A DNA stretch of 63,794 nt, filler included. It is 6 parts of 6 records of this genome, joined end to end, with 100 filler letters (N's around TTAATTAATTAA, not from the genome) between each part and the next. Parts side by side here need not be neighbours in the genome. Positions count along the whole stretch, not along the records: positions 42,659 to 49,650 come from SRR31147125_33628; positions 49,751 to 57,656 come from SRR31147125_33629; positions 57,757 to 63,794 come from SRR31147125_33681; 3 more parts are not named here. One strand, given 5' to 3'. The first letter of the stretch is position 1, and each line of letters begins with the position of its first letter. The notes beneath the pieces are model-generated. The model worked only from the letters and a program-made list of their open reading frames with translations, was not told the origin of the DNA and ran no database searches. The translations under genes were made by a program, and so were the position numbers. Positions 48,459 to 59,183 of the stretch are shown here, piece after piece.

Positions 48459-49598
48459 TTGTTGAAATTCACATCCATTCAAAACCCAATCACACATGGA
48501 GATTATTTTATATTACCGATTATTAAACAGCAGCCTGATAATGACTGGATAAAATCCTTTCAACAGAACCTGATTAACTGGTACGAAAAAAAATGCCGCG
48601 ACCTTCCCTGGAGAGAGACCTCAGATGCCTATAAGATCTGGATATCTGAAATAATGTTGCAGCAGACTCAGGTCTCCAAAGTCATAGACTATTTTAATAA
48701 ATTTATTCACTTTTTTCCAACCGTCCAGGATCTTGCTAATGCGTCCTTGTCGGATGTGCTTAAAGTCTGGGAAGGTATGGGTTATTACGCCAGGGTGCGA
48801 AATCTGCACAAAGCAGCTCAGGTTGTGGTCAAAGAGTTTAATGGAACATTTCCAAACGATCTCAAATTAGCTCGTTCATTACCGGGTATCGGTCCGTACA
48901 CGGCCGCAGCTATTCTGAGCATTGCCTACGGTCGGGATTTCGCAGTGCTCGATGGTAATGTGATCCGGGTTTTATGCCGTATCTTTGAGATCGGCGAAGA
49001 TCCAAAATCAAAAAATGGGAAAGAAAAACTAACGAATATTGCAAATGACCTGCTTGCCCATAACCAGGCAGGAACTTATAATCAGGCGATTATGGAACTG
49101 GGTGCCCTTGTCTGCACTCCTGTCAATCCCAAATGTGATAGCTGTCCTGTTTCTTCATTCTGCCAGGCTAACAAAGCCAGCACACAATCACTCTATCCTT
49201 TAAAAATCAAAAAGAAACCAAGACCCCACTATATTATCGCAGCCGGCGTGATCTGGCGGGAGAACACTATCTTTATCGCCCGTCGGCCTGAAAATGGCTT
49301 GTTGGGAGGTTTATGGGAATTCCCTGGTGGTAAAGTAAAAGAAAACGAAAGCCTGGAAGAGGCAGTAATTCGAGAGGTTAAAGAAGAAACAAATCTGGAT
49401 GTCACAGTAGAAAATCTGCTCACCGATATTAACCATCAGTACAGTCATTTCACCATCACCATGCATGTCTTTAACTGTGCCTATAAATCCGGTGAACCTC
49501 AGGCACTGGGCTGTACAGATTGGCGCTGGGTTACCCGATCAGAAATAGACAATTACGCTTTTCCCCGGGCTAATGGTAAGGTGCTGGAACTGTTATAG
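48459..49598 (+). CDS. mutY: A/G-specific adenine glycosylase with a C-terminal Nudix domain
   Basis: RDLPWR, SEIMLQQTQV, LPGIGPYTA, DGNV and CxxxxxxCxxCxxxxxC motifs; start position uncertain. Confidence 0.94.
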   Translation: MLKFTSIQNPITHGDYFILPIIKQQPDNDWIKSFQQNLINWYEKKCRDLPWRETSDAYKIWISEIMLQQTQVSKVIDYFNKFIHFFPTVQDLANASLSDVLKVWEGMGYYARVRNLHKAAQVVVKEFNGTFPNDLKLARSLPGIGPYTAAAILSIAYGRDFAVLDGNVIRVLCRIFEIGEDPKSKNGKEKLTNIANDLLAHNQAGTYNQAIMELGALVCTPVNPKCDSCPVSSFCQANKASTQSLYPLKIKKKPRPHYIIAAGVIWRENTIFIARRPENGLLGGLWEFPGGKVKENESLEEAVIREVKEETNLDVTVENLLTDINHQYSHFTITMHVFNCAYKSGEPQALGCTDWRWVTRSEIDNYAFPRANGKVLELL

Positions 49599-49650
49599 AT
49601 GAAAATCTAATATTCCTTTACTTTGGAGTGCAATAACTGTGTTATTGCCT

Positions 49651-49750
49651 NNNNNNNNNNNNNNNNNNNNNNNNNNNNNNNNNNNNNNNNNNNNTTAATT
49701 AATTAANNNNNNNNNNNNNNNNNNNNNNNNNNNNNNNNNNNNNNNNNNNN
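49651..49750. other. Artificial contig linker
   Basis: 44 N + TTAATTAATTAA + 44 N. Confidence 0.99.
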
Positions 49751-50718
49751 CCTCGTTCAGGATAATGGACGTGATGGCGAAGATCATGATCTTCACCCTG
49801 GTGGTCGCCTCCTTCGACCTTTTGCTGGGATACACCGGTATTCTCTCTTTTGCCCATGGCATGTTCTTCGGTATCGGGGCCTATTCCATGGCGCTGATCC
49901 TCTACCACACATCCGAACCGGCATGGTACCATATCATCCTGGCGGTCATCATCGCGTTGACGGTGAGCATCAGCCTCGCCCTCATCGTCTCCTTCTTCTC
50001 GTTAAGGGTAAAGGCGATCTTCTTCGCCATGCTGACGTTGGCCCTGGCCGAATTCGCCCACATCCTGGGGGTGCAGTGGACCAGCCTTACAGGCGGAGAG
50101 GATGGGGTATCGTTTGCGCTTCCCGGGATGTTCAACTTCAACCACAGCTTCGGCACCCTTTTCAACGCCCAGGTCAACGGGCGCCTGATGGTCTATTTTC
50201 TGATTTTAATCAGCACGGTTTTTCTGTTTGCGGTGCTGTTGCGGTTCATCCGCTCCCCTCTGGGACGGGTATTGAAATCGATCCGCGACAATGAGCAGAG
50301 AACGATCGCACTGGGATATCAAACCTTCCGGTACCAGATCTATTCGATCGTTTTCAGCTCGGCCATCGCATCGATGGGCGGGATTCTTTTCGCCATGTGG
50401 CTCTGCTACGTGAATCCGGACTCGGTGTTTCACACCGCCATCATGGTCAATATTCTTCTCATGGTGCTGATCGGCGGCATGGGCACGCTCTACGGCAGCA
50501 TCATCGGTGCTTCGTTTCTCATCGTAACGGAGAACTGGCTGCCGGGACTGTTGAAATCGGTTGCATCGCTCGTCCCGGAAAGCACCGTTATTCAGACGCT
50601 GGCAGACCGGTGGCAACTCTATTTCGGCATCCTGTTTGTTCTGGTCGTGCTTTTCTTCCCAAAAGGGGTTATCGGAACGATCCGCTCTCACATCCGGCAG
50701 AAAAGGCTTGCCGGATGA
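49751..50718 (+). CDS. Branched-chain amino acid ABC permease (LivM-like), 5'-truncated
   Basis: GYTGILSFAH, TGGEDG, SPLGRVLKSIRDNE and GGMGT motifs. Confidence 0.9.
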
Positions 50719-50781
50719 TATGGCATGCGGTCGCGATGGATTTAAAAGAGAATACTATTTCAACAACAAGGATATAAAACA

Positions 50782-51636
50782 ATGATCGAACCGGAAATGA
50801 TTCAGTGCAAGGGCGAAAACGTAAAGATAAATGCAGCCCACTGGAAGGGCGGCCGCAAGACGGTGTTGTGCCTCCACGGGATCACGGCCAACTGCCGTTG
50901 CTGGGATATGATTGCCTCCGTCCTGTCACCTGAATATCGAGTGGTCGCAATCGATTTGCGGGGTAGGGGCCTCTCCGGCAAACCCGACAGCGGATACGCT
51001 CCCGAACAGCACATAAAAGATATCATCTCTGTCATGGATGATCTTCAAATCGAACGGATACTGCTGATGGGCCACTCCCTCGGCGCTTTTATCAGCCTGA
51101 TGTTTGCAGCCCTGCATCCGGAAAGGCTCGAGAAGCTGATCCTGGTGGACGGGGCCGGCGATCTGGACCAGGCCCAGATGGATCGGGTGTTTGTCGGCAT
51201 CAAACCGGCGCTCGATCGTCTCGAAAAAATCTTTCCGTCAGAGAAAGCCTACCTGGATCAGATGAAATCCGCGCCCTACATGCGGCCCTGGCTGCCGAAC
51301 ATTGAGACCTACTACGCCTACGAAATCGAAGAGGTCGAAGACGGCGTCAAGACCAACATCGACCCGGTGCACATCGCGGAAGAAGCACAAAATGTGAGGA
51401 AGATAGATTGCGCTTCCCTTTATGGAAAGGTGAGGTGCCCGGCACTTATTCTGCGCGCCACCCAAGGGCTATTAAGCCAGGACGACCTTCTGCTGCCTCC
51501 AGGTGTGGCCGAAGAAATGGTCGCGCAGATACCCGACGCCCGACTGTTCAACGTAGAAGGAATGAATCATTATGGTATCGTGTTTCAACCGCATAAAGAG
51601 CGTGACAATACCGTCCGTGAGTTTTTAGCGCAGTGA
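50782..51636 (+). CDS. Alpha/beta hydrolase
   Basis: LHG, DLRGRGLS, GHSLG nucleophile elbow and C-terminal His. Confidence 0.9.
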   Translation: MIEPEMIQCKGENVKINAAHWKGGRKTVLCLHGITANCRCWDMIASVLSPEYRVVAIDLRGRGLSGKPDSGYAPEQHIKDIISVMDDLQIERILLMGHSLGAFISLMFAALHPERLEKLILVDGAGDLDQAQMDRVFVGIKPALDRLEKIFPSEKAYLDQMKSAPYMRPWLPNIETYYAYEIEEVEDGVKTNIDPVHIAEEAQNVRKIDCASLYGKVRCPALILRATQGLLSQDDLLLPPGVAEEMVAQIPDARLFNVEGMNHYGIVFQPHKERDNTVREFLAQ

Positions 51637-51911
51637 CGCCCCGCGTATGCGCGCTGTCGTCGGTTCCACCCCGTGATGCAAGTCTATAAGCGGCGACTCG
51701 CCCTCATTGCCTGACCTTCGCTTCTTCACCATGTCCTGGACATCACATTGGATATTGGGCTAAGATTGCTTTTTACGGACGCCTGTATCATCACAATATT
51801 CATACGGCCGCTTTTAGTTCTTCTTTGCAGCCCATGGGAATCACGCAAAACAGTTCTTAAAAAGGGGCGTGTCATCAAGTCCATCTTCACCGAAGCAAGT
51901 GGGGAAGCATC

Positions 51912-52607
51912 ATGAAAACAATCGGTTTGTTAGGTGGTATGAGCTGGGAAAGCACACTGAGTTACTACCGCATCATTAACGAGGGGATAAGAGATACCCT
52001 TGGCGGATTGCACTCGGCCAAAATCGTCTTGTACAGCGTTGATTTTGATCCGATAGAGAAATTGCAATCCTCCGGCGATTGGGATGGTACCGCCAAGATA
52101 CTGACTGAAGCTGCTCAAAACGTCGCCGATGCAGGTGCCGATTTCCTGCTCATCTGCACCAACACCATGCATCGGATAGCGCCGGAAGTGCAAGCGGCGG
52201 TTTCAATCCCACTGCTTCATATTGCCGATGCAACGGCAGAGGTGCTTGTGAAAGCGGGCATCACATCGGTTGGGTTGCTGGGTACAGCCTTCACCATGGA
52301 GCAGGACTTTTACAGGGGAAGACTGCACGACCATTATGGCCTGAACGTTTTGGTCCCTGAAGATAACGATCGACAACTTGTTCACAGGATCATCTTTCAA
52401 GAGCTTTGTTTGGGAAAAATCGACCCCAATTCGAAAGCGGCGTTCCTGCGCATTATCGAAGCCCTCACAGATTCGGGCGCCGAAGCGGTTATACTGGGTT
52501 GCACGGAAATCGGGCTGCTGGTCAACCAGACCGACACCGGAGTGAAGCTTTTCGATACCGCTGCCATTCATGCCGAAAAAGCGGTCGAATATGCAATTCG
52601 AGGATAA
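51912..52607 (+). CDS. Aspartate/glutamate racemase family protein (YgeA/RacX-like)
   Basis: MKTIGLLGGMSWEST, CTNTMH and LGCTE motifs. Confidence 0.93.
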   Translation: MKTIGLLGGMSWESTLSYYRIINEGIRDTLGGLHSAKIVLYSVDFDPIEKLQSSGDWDGTAKILTEAAQNVADAGADFLLICTNTMHRIAPEVQAAVSIPLLHIADATAEVLVKAGITSVGLLGTAFTMEQDFYRGRLHDHYGLNVLVPEDNDRQLVHRIIFQELCLGKIDPNSKAAFLRIIEALTDSGAEAVILGCTEIGLLVNQTDTGVKLFDTAAIHAEKAVEYAIRG

Positions 52608-52677
52608 ATGGCACCGGTCTACTACGGTGAAGGCCTGTTTTATAGGGGATCTTCGACAACGTTGATGTTCGATTAAC

Positions 52678-53082
52678 ATGAAAAAGTGGCGCATTGAATA
52701 TTCAGAGCGGTTTAAAGCGAGCCCGTTGAGCTTCTGGGTGCACCGGCACCTGGATAGCGCGGTGTGGCATCATGCCACCGAATTTGAGCCAAGCCTGCCC
52801 AAGGCCTTGCCGACCAAGGGTTATCCTGTTCTGTTTGTTGACGCTCTGGGTGTCGAGCTTCAATTTTCATCGATTGACGAAGTCGAGCACTTTATAGCGG
52901 TGATCAGCCGTAAAAACATACCGACGCCGTTGCAGTTGGCTCAACAGCGAAATACCAAATACGGTCCCAATGCACACTGGCTGAGTCGGCTGCCGGCAAA
53001 ATTGAAGCCTTGGAGCAAAAGAGAAAAAATCCTGCCAATCCTCCAGAACGCATTAAATGAGTTAAAATCGCTTTACCGTTAG
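52678..53082 (+). CDS. Hypothetical protein, 134 aa
   Basis: Clean ORF with protein-like composition (SFWVH, HWLSRLP). Confidence 0.65.
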   Translation: MKKWRIEYSERFKASPLSFWVHRHLDSAVWHHATEFEPSLPKALPTKGYPVLFVDALGVELQFSSIDEVEHFIAVISRKNIPTPLQLAQQRNTKYGPNAHWLSRLPAKLKPWSKREKILPILQNALNELKSLYR

Positions 53083-53278
53083 CACACGGCGGCGGTTCCG
53101 GCTAAGCGGCGCCTTGACAAGGTACGTGGGCTCATGCAGAATGTGTGAAACACCGGGACAGACCAGATACGTAACCACCGTGCCGGTGCCCCTGTACATT
53201 GGCCATTCAAATGGAGTCGACATCTGAACTGTTTAACGGGATTGCCGATTTGTGACGGTAATCTCCAAGGGACGCTGA

Positions 53279-54904
53279 ATGAAGTTGAGCGCGAAATATC
53301 TCACCATGGCCATCTGTATCGTTCTGGCCACTCTCATGGTTGCCCCGGAGGGCACGTCGATCTGGGGAACCCCATCGGCAGATGCGCAAACGGTGGTCAG
53401 TGAAGCGGTTCAAAAAGACACCACCTGGACGCGCGAAGGCAGTCCCTACATCATTTCCAATGACATTCGTGTCAAAGGTACGGATGGGGATGATGGCGTG
53501 ACCACCCTGATCATCGAGGCGGGTGCCGTCATCAAGTTCGATCGCTACCGATCCCTGGTGGTCGGCACATCCGAAGATGAACCGGGTGCCCTCTCAGCCA
53601 AGGGCGAACAGGACCTTCCGATTCTCTTCACCTCCAACGAGCCTTCGCCCGCCCCGGGCGACTGGCAATGTATCCGTTTCAACAATACAACGGACGATAC
53701 CATCTCACAAATGTCACACTGCGTGGTTCAGTTCGGGGGGATGAGCGGTGGGGCGATATACCTCTGCCAGGCCTCACCGAAGCTTCAGGGGCTCTCCGTC
53801 ACGAATAGCGGAAATTACGGCATCTACGTCTCCTCGGGGAGCCCGGCGATTACGGGCTGCCGGTTTTCGGACAACGGCAACTACGACCTGCACCACGCGG
53901 GTAGCGCAGGCGGAAAGGTGTCCGGTTGCATTTTCAACAGCGGTATCAGTGTGCTGTCCGATAACCGGGTGCGCATTTCCGGCAACCGGATCCATCAAAA
54001 CAACGCCCGCCCGGTCCGCTGCCGCGCCGACATGGTGGCCATGATCATCAACGACAATCGTATCGACCGCATCGATGAAGGCAGCCACCTGGAAGTTGCC
54101 GGCGGCGATCTGCGCCATGATGCCGTCTGGAGCGACACCATTCCCTATTTCATTTCAGACAGTATCAACATTTTCGGGACAGACGGCGCCGACGGCATTA
54201 CCATGCTGACGATCCGCCCGGGCGCCATTCTCAAATTCGGTGAGCAGACGGCCCTCTCCATCGGCGCCGACGCTAAAAAGCCGGGCAGCCTCTCCGCCCA
54301 GGGAACGCCGGACAAACCGATCCTCTTCACCTCCGCCCAAACCGATCCCCGGCCCGGGGACTGGGAAGGGATCAAGTTCTACGACACCACGGACGACCCC
54401 ACAGCCGTGCTGAGTTACTGCAAGGTGGCATACGCCGGATACGGCAACCATGGCATGGTCTATTTCTATGATGCCGGGCCCACCGTTTCCCACTGCACGT
54501 TCCAACACAGCTCCCACGCCGCTGTTTTTGTGAGCGGTAAAGGGAGCAGCAAGGCCCAGATCCGCTGCAACCGGTTCACCGACAACGACTTCGGCATCTA
54601 CTGCACTTACCAGGCGACGCCGGCAATCCAACGCAACAACTTTTCCGGGAATCAGAGCTACGGCCTCTACAACAGCGGCGAAGCGCCACTCAAAGCGGTC
54701 CGGAACTGGTGGGGAGATCCCCAGGGTCCGGGCACCGGGGGGGATAAGGTGTACGGCAATGTTGCTGTGAAACCGTGGTCACTGAAGGAGAACCGTTGCG
54801 ACGACAAACGCGCCAATTGCCGCTCCTGCCGGAAATCGGATGAAACTGATGCCTTGCCTGAATCAATGGATACGCAGCAAGCCCCTGCTTCCCCAGGCGT
54901 ATAA
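53279..54904 (+). CDS. Secreted right-handed beta-helix repeat protein with an internal duplication
   Basis: Signal peptide; two L.I..GA..KF...PILFTS...PGDW..I.F..TTDD units; C-terminal NWWG. Confidence 0.8.
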   Translation: MKLSAKYLTMAICIVLATLMVAPEGTSIWGTPSADAQTVVSEAVQKDTTWTREGSPYIISNDIRVKGTDGDDGVTTLIIEAGAVIKFDRYRSLVVGTSEDEPGALSAKGEQDLPILFTSNEPSPAPGDWQCIRFNNTTDDTISQMSHCVVQFGGMSGGAIYLCQASPKLQGLSVTNSGNYGIYVSSGSPAITGCRFSDNGNYDLHHAGSAGGKVSGCIFNSGISVLSDNRVRISGNRIHQNNARPVRCRADMVAMIINDNRIDRIDEGSHLEVAGGDLRHDAVWSDTIPYFISDSINIFGTDGADGITMLTIRPGAILKFGEQTALSIGADAKKPGSLSAQGTPDKPILFTSAQTDPRPGDWEGIKFYDTTDDPTAVLSYCKVAYAGYGNHGMVYFYDAGPTVSHCTFQHSSHAAVFVSGKGSSKAQIRCNRFTDNDFGIYCTYQATPAIQRNNFSGNQSYGLYNSGEAPLKAVRNWWGDPQGPGTGGDKVYGNVAVKPWSLKENRCDDKRANCRSCRKSDETDALPESMDTQQAPASPGV

Positions 54905-56693
54905 AATAACTTTCTCACCCTCTTTTTCCGACCTTTGAAACTTCGTCTCTTTCCGCTTTTTTGCGAGCGCGGCACCAATACGGCCTTCTGTTCAATTTTC
55001 TGCCGCACCCCTCTCTCCACAAACAGAGACTTGCCGCTGAACGGATCCATTCCCGTGTGATACATCAACGTAGCGTAGGTTGAGGGGGAGGGGGTGAAGA
55101 TCTGGACCTGCTCGGGCACCAGGTGCAGTTTACGACCGGCGTATTCGCGCAGGCGGTGCATGTCGTCGAGTGTGCAGCCCGGGTGGGCGGCCATGAAGTA
55201 GTAGGTGAGATAGCGGCGGGCCTCCATACGCCGGTTGAGCCGCTCGAAGAGATGCACGAAATCGTCCAGGTAGCGGCGGCCGGGTTTACCCATCAATTTG
55301 AGCAACGGGTCGTGGATATGCTCAGGCGCTATTTTGAGCTGGCCGGAGATGTGGTTATGGCGCAGCAGGGCCTCCAGGTAGGCTTCTCCAGAGCGGCGGT
55401 CCTCGATGATCAGGTCGTAGCGCAAACCGGAAGCGACGAACACCCTGCGTATGCCGGGGATTTCACGCAGGGCCCGCAACAGCTCGATTTGTGGCCGGTG
55501 GTCTGCGGCAAGCTGCTTGCAGGTTGCGGGAAAGAGGCACCCTTGGTGCACGCCTTGCGGTCGGCGCCGTGGCCGCAGGCCATGGCATACATGTTGGCGG
55601 TCGGCCCGCCGACATCCGAAACAATCCCCTTGAAGTCGGAATGATGGGCAAACGCTTGCACTTCGCGGACGATGGCCGCCTGGCTGCGGGAGACGACCCG
55701 GCGCCCCTGGTGGACTGCGATGGCGCAGAAGCGGCACTCCCCAAAACAGCCGCGATGGGTGGTGACGGAGAACTGGATCGTATCGAGAGCGGCCACCCTG
55801 CCGACACGCTGCTCGTGTGGGTGCACCGCCCGGGCAAATGGCAGATCGTAGACGGCATCCAGATCTTCCGGTGCCGGCGGCAGGTCGGGCGGATTGTGCA
55901 CCAGGTAGCGGGTGTCCTGCTGTTGCACCAGGCGTTTGGCCGTGAACGGATCGGCGTTGGCGTAAAAGAGATTGAACATCTCACTGAACGCCTGTTTGTC
56001 ACCTGCCACGGCTTGGTGGGTCGGCAGCATCACGTCGTCCCCGGCAAAACGATCATCAGGAATGGGCCGCTCTCGGCTGATGTAGCACATCCCGCGGAGC
56101 GGACTCGGGTCTGACTTATCCCGAAGGTGTTGCGCCAGGCTCACAATGGACTGATCAGCCATTCCGTAGAGGAGAAAATCGGCCTTTGCGTCGAATAGAA
56201 CCGAGCGGCGCACCTTGTCGGACCAGGCGTCATAGTGCGAGATGCGCCGCAGGCTCGCCTCGATGCCGCCCAGAACGATGGGGCGGGTCTGCTTGAAGTA
56301 TCTTCGTATGAGGTGGCTGTATGCCAGAACAGCCCGATCCGGACGCCGGTTGTTGAGGCCGCCGGGCGTCATGTCGTCGCTTCTGCGGCGGCGGCCCGAA
56401 GGGGTGAAGTTGGCAATCATGGAGTCGACGCTGCCGGCGGTGACCCCCCAGAAGAGTTCGGGTTCGCCGAGGCGGGTGATGTCGTGATCGCTGTGAATGT
56501 CGGGCTGGGCGATGATCCCCACCCGGAACCCGGCCGCCACCAAGATGCGACCGATCACCGCCACCCCGATGTGAGGTGCGTCAATGTAAGTGTCGCCAGA
56601 GACCAGGATGACATCCAATGGCCGCCAGCCCAAGTGTTCCAGCTCTTCGGGTGTTGCGGGCAGAAAGGTGGGTTGGGCGTGGGTCGGGTCCAT
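54667..56693 (-). pseudogene. YgiQ/UPF0313 family radical SAM protein, frameshifted near 55540; true 3' end uncertain
   Basis: GGIEASLRR, RGCFGECRFC and DVGGPTANMY in one frame; CLFP, SGLRYDL, LKIAPEH, YFMAAHPG and QVQIFTP in the other. Confidence 0.85.
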
Positions 56694-56910
56694 TTTTCTC
56701 ATTTCTCTAATCGGTGGCGCCATCCTATGCCAAGCGCCGGTCAGCGTCAATCCCGACTGCCCGGGCGGAGCTACTTGGCGCATAATGTGTTGCCAATGGC
56801 CGCTGCCATGGTATATGAGATGGTATATCCATTGATTACAATATACTGCCGTAATAACCGGCGCCAATTTCTACCGTCGCGCACAATCCTTCCAACGGGG
56901 TATAGCAGCC

Positions 56911-57444
56911 ATGGGAAAAACACAACACATTCTGGACGCGGTGGAGATCGACCGTATTCTCAAGCGCATGGCCTACGAAATTCTGGAAGCGCACAAGGGC
57001 AACAACATCGCCCTGGTGGGGATTCACACCCGCGGCGTCTATCTGGCCCGGCGCCTGAGCGAGAACATTCGCACCTTCGAGGGGGCCGAGGTATTGGTCG
57101 GTGAAATAGACATCACACTCTACCGCGACGACTGGACTCAGATGAGCGCTCAGCCGGTGGTCAAAACCACGGAAATCCCCTTTTCGGTCGAGGAGAAGAA
57201 GATCATCCTGGTCGACGACGTTCTCTACACGGGCCGGACCATTCGGGCCGCCATGGATGCCGTCATCGACTTCGGGCGCCCGGCCAGCATCGAACTGGCG
57301 GTGCTGGTCGATCGCGGCCACCGTGAACTGCCGATCCAGAGCACCTTCACTGGGCAGTGCGTCTCCACCGAAAAGGCCGAAACGATCAATGTGCTGCTGA
57401 AGGAGTGCGACGGCCGGGACGAAGTGGTGCTGGAGAAAAGGTAA
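56911..57444 (+). CDS. pyrR: Bifunctional pyr operon regulator / uracil phosphoribosyltransferase
   Basis: DITLYRDD, LVDDVLYTGRT and DRGHRELPI motifs. Confidence 0.95.
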   Translation: MGKTQHILDAVEIDRILKRMAYEILEAHKGNNIALVGIHTRGVYLARRLSENIRTFEGAEVLVGEIDITLYRDDWTQMSAQPVVKTTEIPFSVEEKKIILVDDVLYTGRTIRAAMDAVIDFGRPASIELAVLVDRGHRELPIQSTFTGQCVSTEKAETINVLLKECDGRDEVVLEKR

Positions 57445-57454
57445 AGTAGAGAGA

Positions 57455-57656
57455 ATGGGACACCATAAACATCGCAGCAATGCTCCCCAATCGATTCGCG
57501 TGGCGGTGCTGAGTATTTCATCCACGCGGGATCTCCAAACAGACACCGCCGGAAAGTGGATTACCAAGCGGGCCGGCAAAGAGGGGCACCAGCTCGTCGG
57601 TCACCAGGTGGTGGACGATGACAGCGACGCCATACGGGAAGCCCTGTTGCACCTGC
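57455..57656 (+). CDS. moaB: MogA/MoaB molybdenum cofactor biosynthesis protein, 3'-truncated
   Basis: AVLSISSTR..TDTAG..GH..VVDDD motif. Confidence 0.75.
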
Positions 57657-57756
57657 NNNNNNNNNNNNNNNNNNNNNNNNNNNNNNNNNNNNNNNNNNNN
57701 TTAATTAATTAANNNNNNNNNNNNNNNNNNNNNNNNNNNNNNNNNNNNNNNNNNNN
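57657..57756. other. Artificial contig linker
   Basis: 44 N + TTAATTAATTAA + 44 N. Confidence 0.99.
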
Positions 57757-58348
57757 AACAATTGTGGCATTTTCCTTATTTCATTAAAAACAGCATTTCG
57801 ATTCAAGCTTTTCATAGGACAGGAATTCGAAATGACTCCACCAAACCTATACTCTCCAAATGGAAAATTGTTCTTCATTATGATACTAAAAACAGGTCAG
57901 GAAAAACGGCCCGGTACAGGTCCAAAAGATAATAAAAGGAAAGCTAAATCACTCTTTACCAGCTTATACCATGTCTCAAACCAATTCCTCATCTCGTTGT
58001 CGATCTTATGATTTAATAATTTTAAAAGTGGATTTGGTTCGTTTCTAGTAAGGAATTGATAGGATTTCTAAAGATTTAGATCGAATCAAACTGGAAGGTA
58101 ATGTGGGGCCATGACCCATTCTGCAATTCATTTGTACCTCCCTGAATCTTTTGATCACCTTTCAGAGAAGTACATTATAAAAATTACAATGCAATTAATC
58201 TAACAGTGGAACCAATTGAATAGATTACCGCCTCTGGCAGTGGTTTTCGAAAGTGCAATAAAAAGCCCCCAAGAATACAAATGTCTTAAGGGCATGAAGT
58301 AATTACAGTAAATAATGCAATTAGGATTCTAGCTTGATATTTTAAAAA

Positions 58349-58957
58349 TCATTGTTTGCTTGAGCCAACAGATGAAACTATACCAATGAAATTAAGGGTG
58401 AAAGAACCACCAAGTGGCTCCCAGTTCAATATTGTCAAATTGCCGGTTGCAGTTCCTTCACCTGTTGCGTTTTCAAATCGACCAGTACCTCCGATGATAA
58501 CATAGTCATGTTCTACAAGAAAGATACTGGGATCATCCGTAGGAATAAGATATACATAGTCCTCTTCGGCATAGGTTCCAGAAAGAATATCTCCGTTAGC
58601 ACCTATCCATTCAAACTCTCCTTTTTTATATCCTAACGGATTCTCCGGATGGCCGCAATGGGTTGATACCAGTATGAAGCGACCTAAATGAGTCCCAGTC
58701 CCGGTACCGTTACAGCTTAATGTGGGTAAACCACTACATCCTGGAAGGTCAGCTTGTACAGCAAACTCGCCCTTCAATTGTGCTTTGAATGGAAGATATT
58801 TTACCGTGGGTTTGGACAATTGTTGGGAAGCACTTATATCAGTAAGACCTGTAATGCCTTCTGGCATAGTAGGTCCTTCTGAATTGCTACAACCCATCAT
58901 CCAAACAAGCCCACAAACGAAGAACACCACGAATACAAATGGCAATTGTATTTTCAT
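58349..58957 (-). CDS. Lipoprotein with a predicted beta-barrel domain of unknown function
   Basis: Lipobox MMGC; GTGTHLG, ANGDIL and GGTGRFENATG motifs; RBS AAGGAGG. Confidence 0.75.
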   Translation of the reverse strand: MKIQLPFVFVVFFVCGLVWMMGCSNSEGPTMPEGITGLTDISASQQLSKPTVKYLPFKAQLKGEFAVQADLPGCSGLPTLSCNGTGTGTHLGRFILVSTHCGHPENPLGYKKGEFEWIGANGDILSGTYAEEDYVYLIPTDDPSIFLVEHDYVIIGGTGRFENATGEGTATGNLTILNWEPLGGSFTLNFIGIVSSVGSSKQ

Positions 58958-59183
58958 TGTTCTATCCTCCTTTTGTTTCCATTTTGTTATTAAAATTTAC
59001 CTTTTAACTTCTCCTCCCAGACTGGGAGGATTTTTGTTGTAAGTATCAGATTTCATTACATATATCCACGTATAAACAATTAAGACCACGTGCAGAATTA
59101 AGTTAATTATCATTAAAGCAAAATCAATTCCCTGTATTTTGCAAGGTCATTTAGACTGTTCCTAACACAGAAAGCTATCAAAA

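Noticed and set aside
52610-53125. Possible integron cassette around the 134-aa hypothetical gene
   Set aside because: GTT-containing motifs are present, but I could not find a complementary RYYYAAC/GTTRRRY attC pair or an integrase
28134-57756. Five identical N44-TTAATTAATTAA-N44 blocks as a biological repeat, and cross-block gene clusters
   Set aside because: These are artificial six-frame-stop linkers; composition and gene content change abruptly at each one, so the neighbours come from different organisms
57757-58140. Short minus-strand frames at the start of contig 6 (28 aa after GGAGG; an open frame running into the linker)
   Set aside because: Too short and without motifs to support a call
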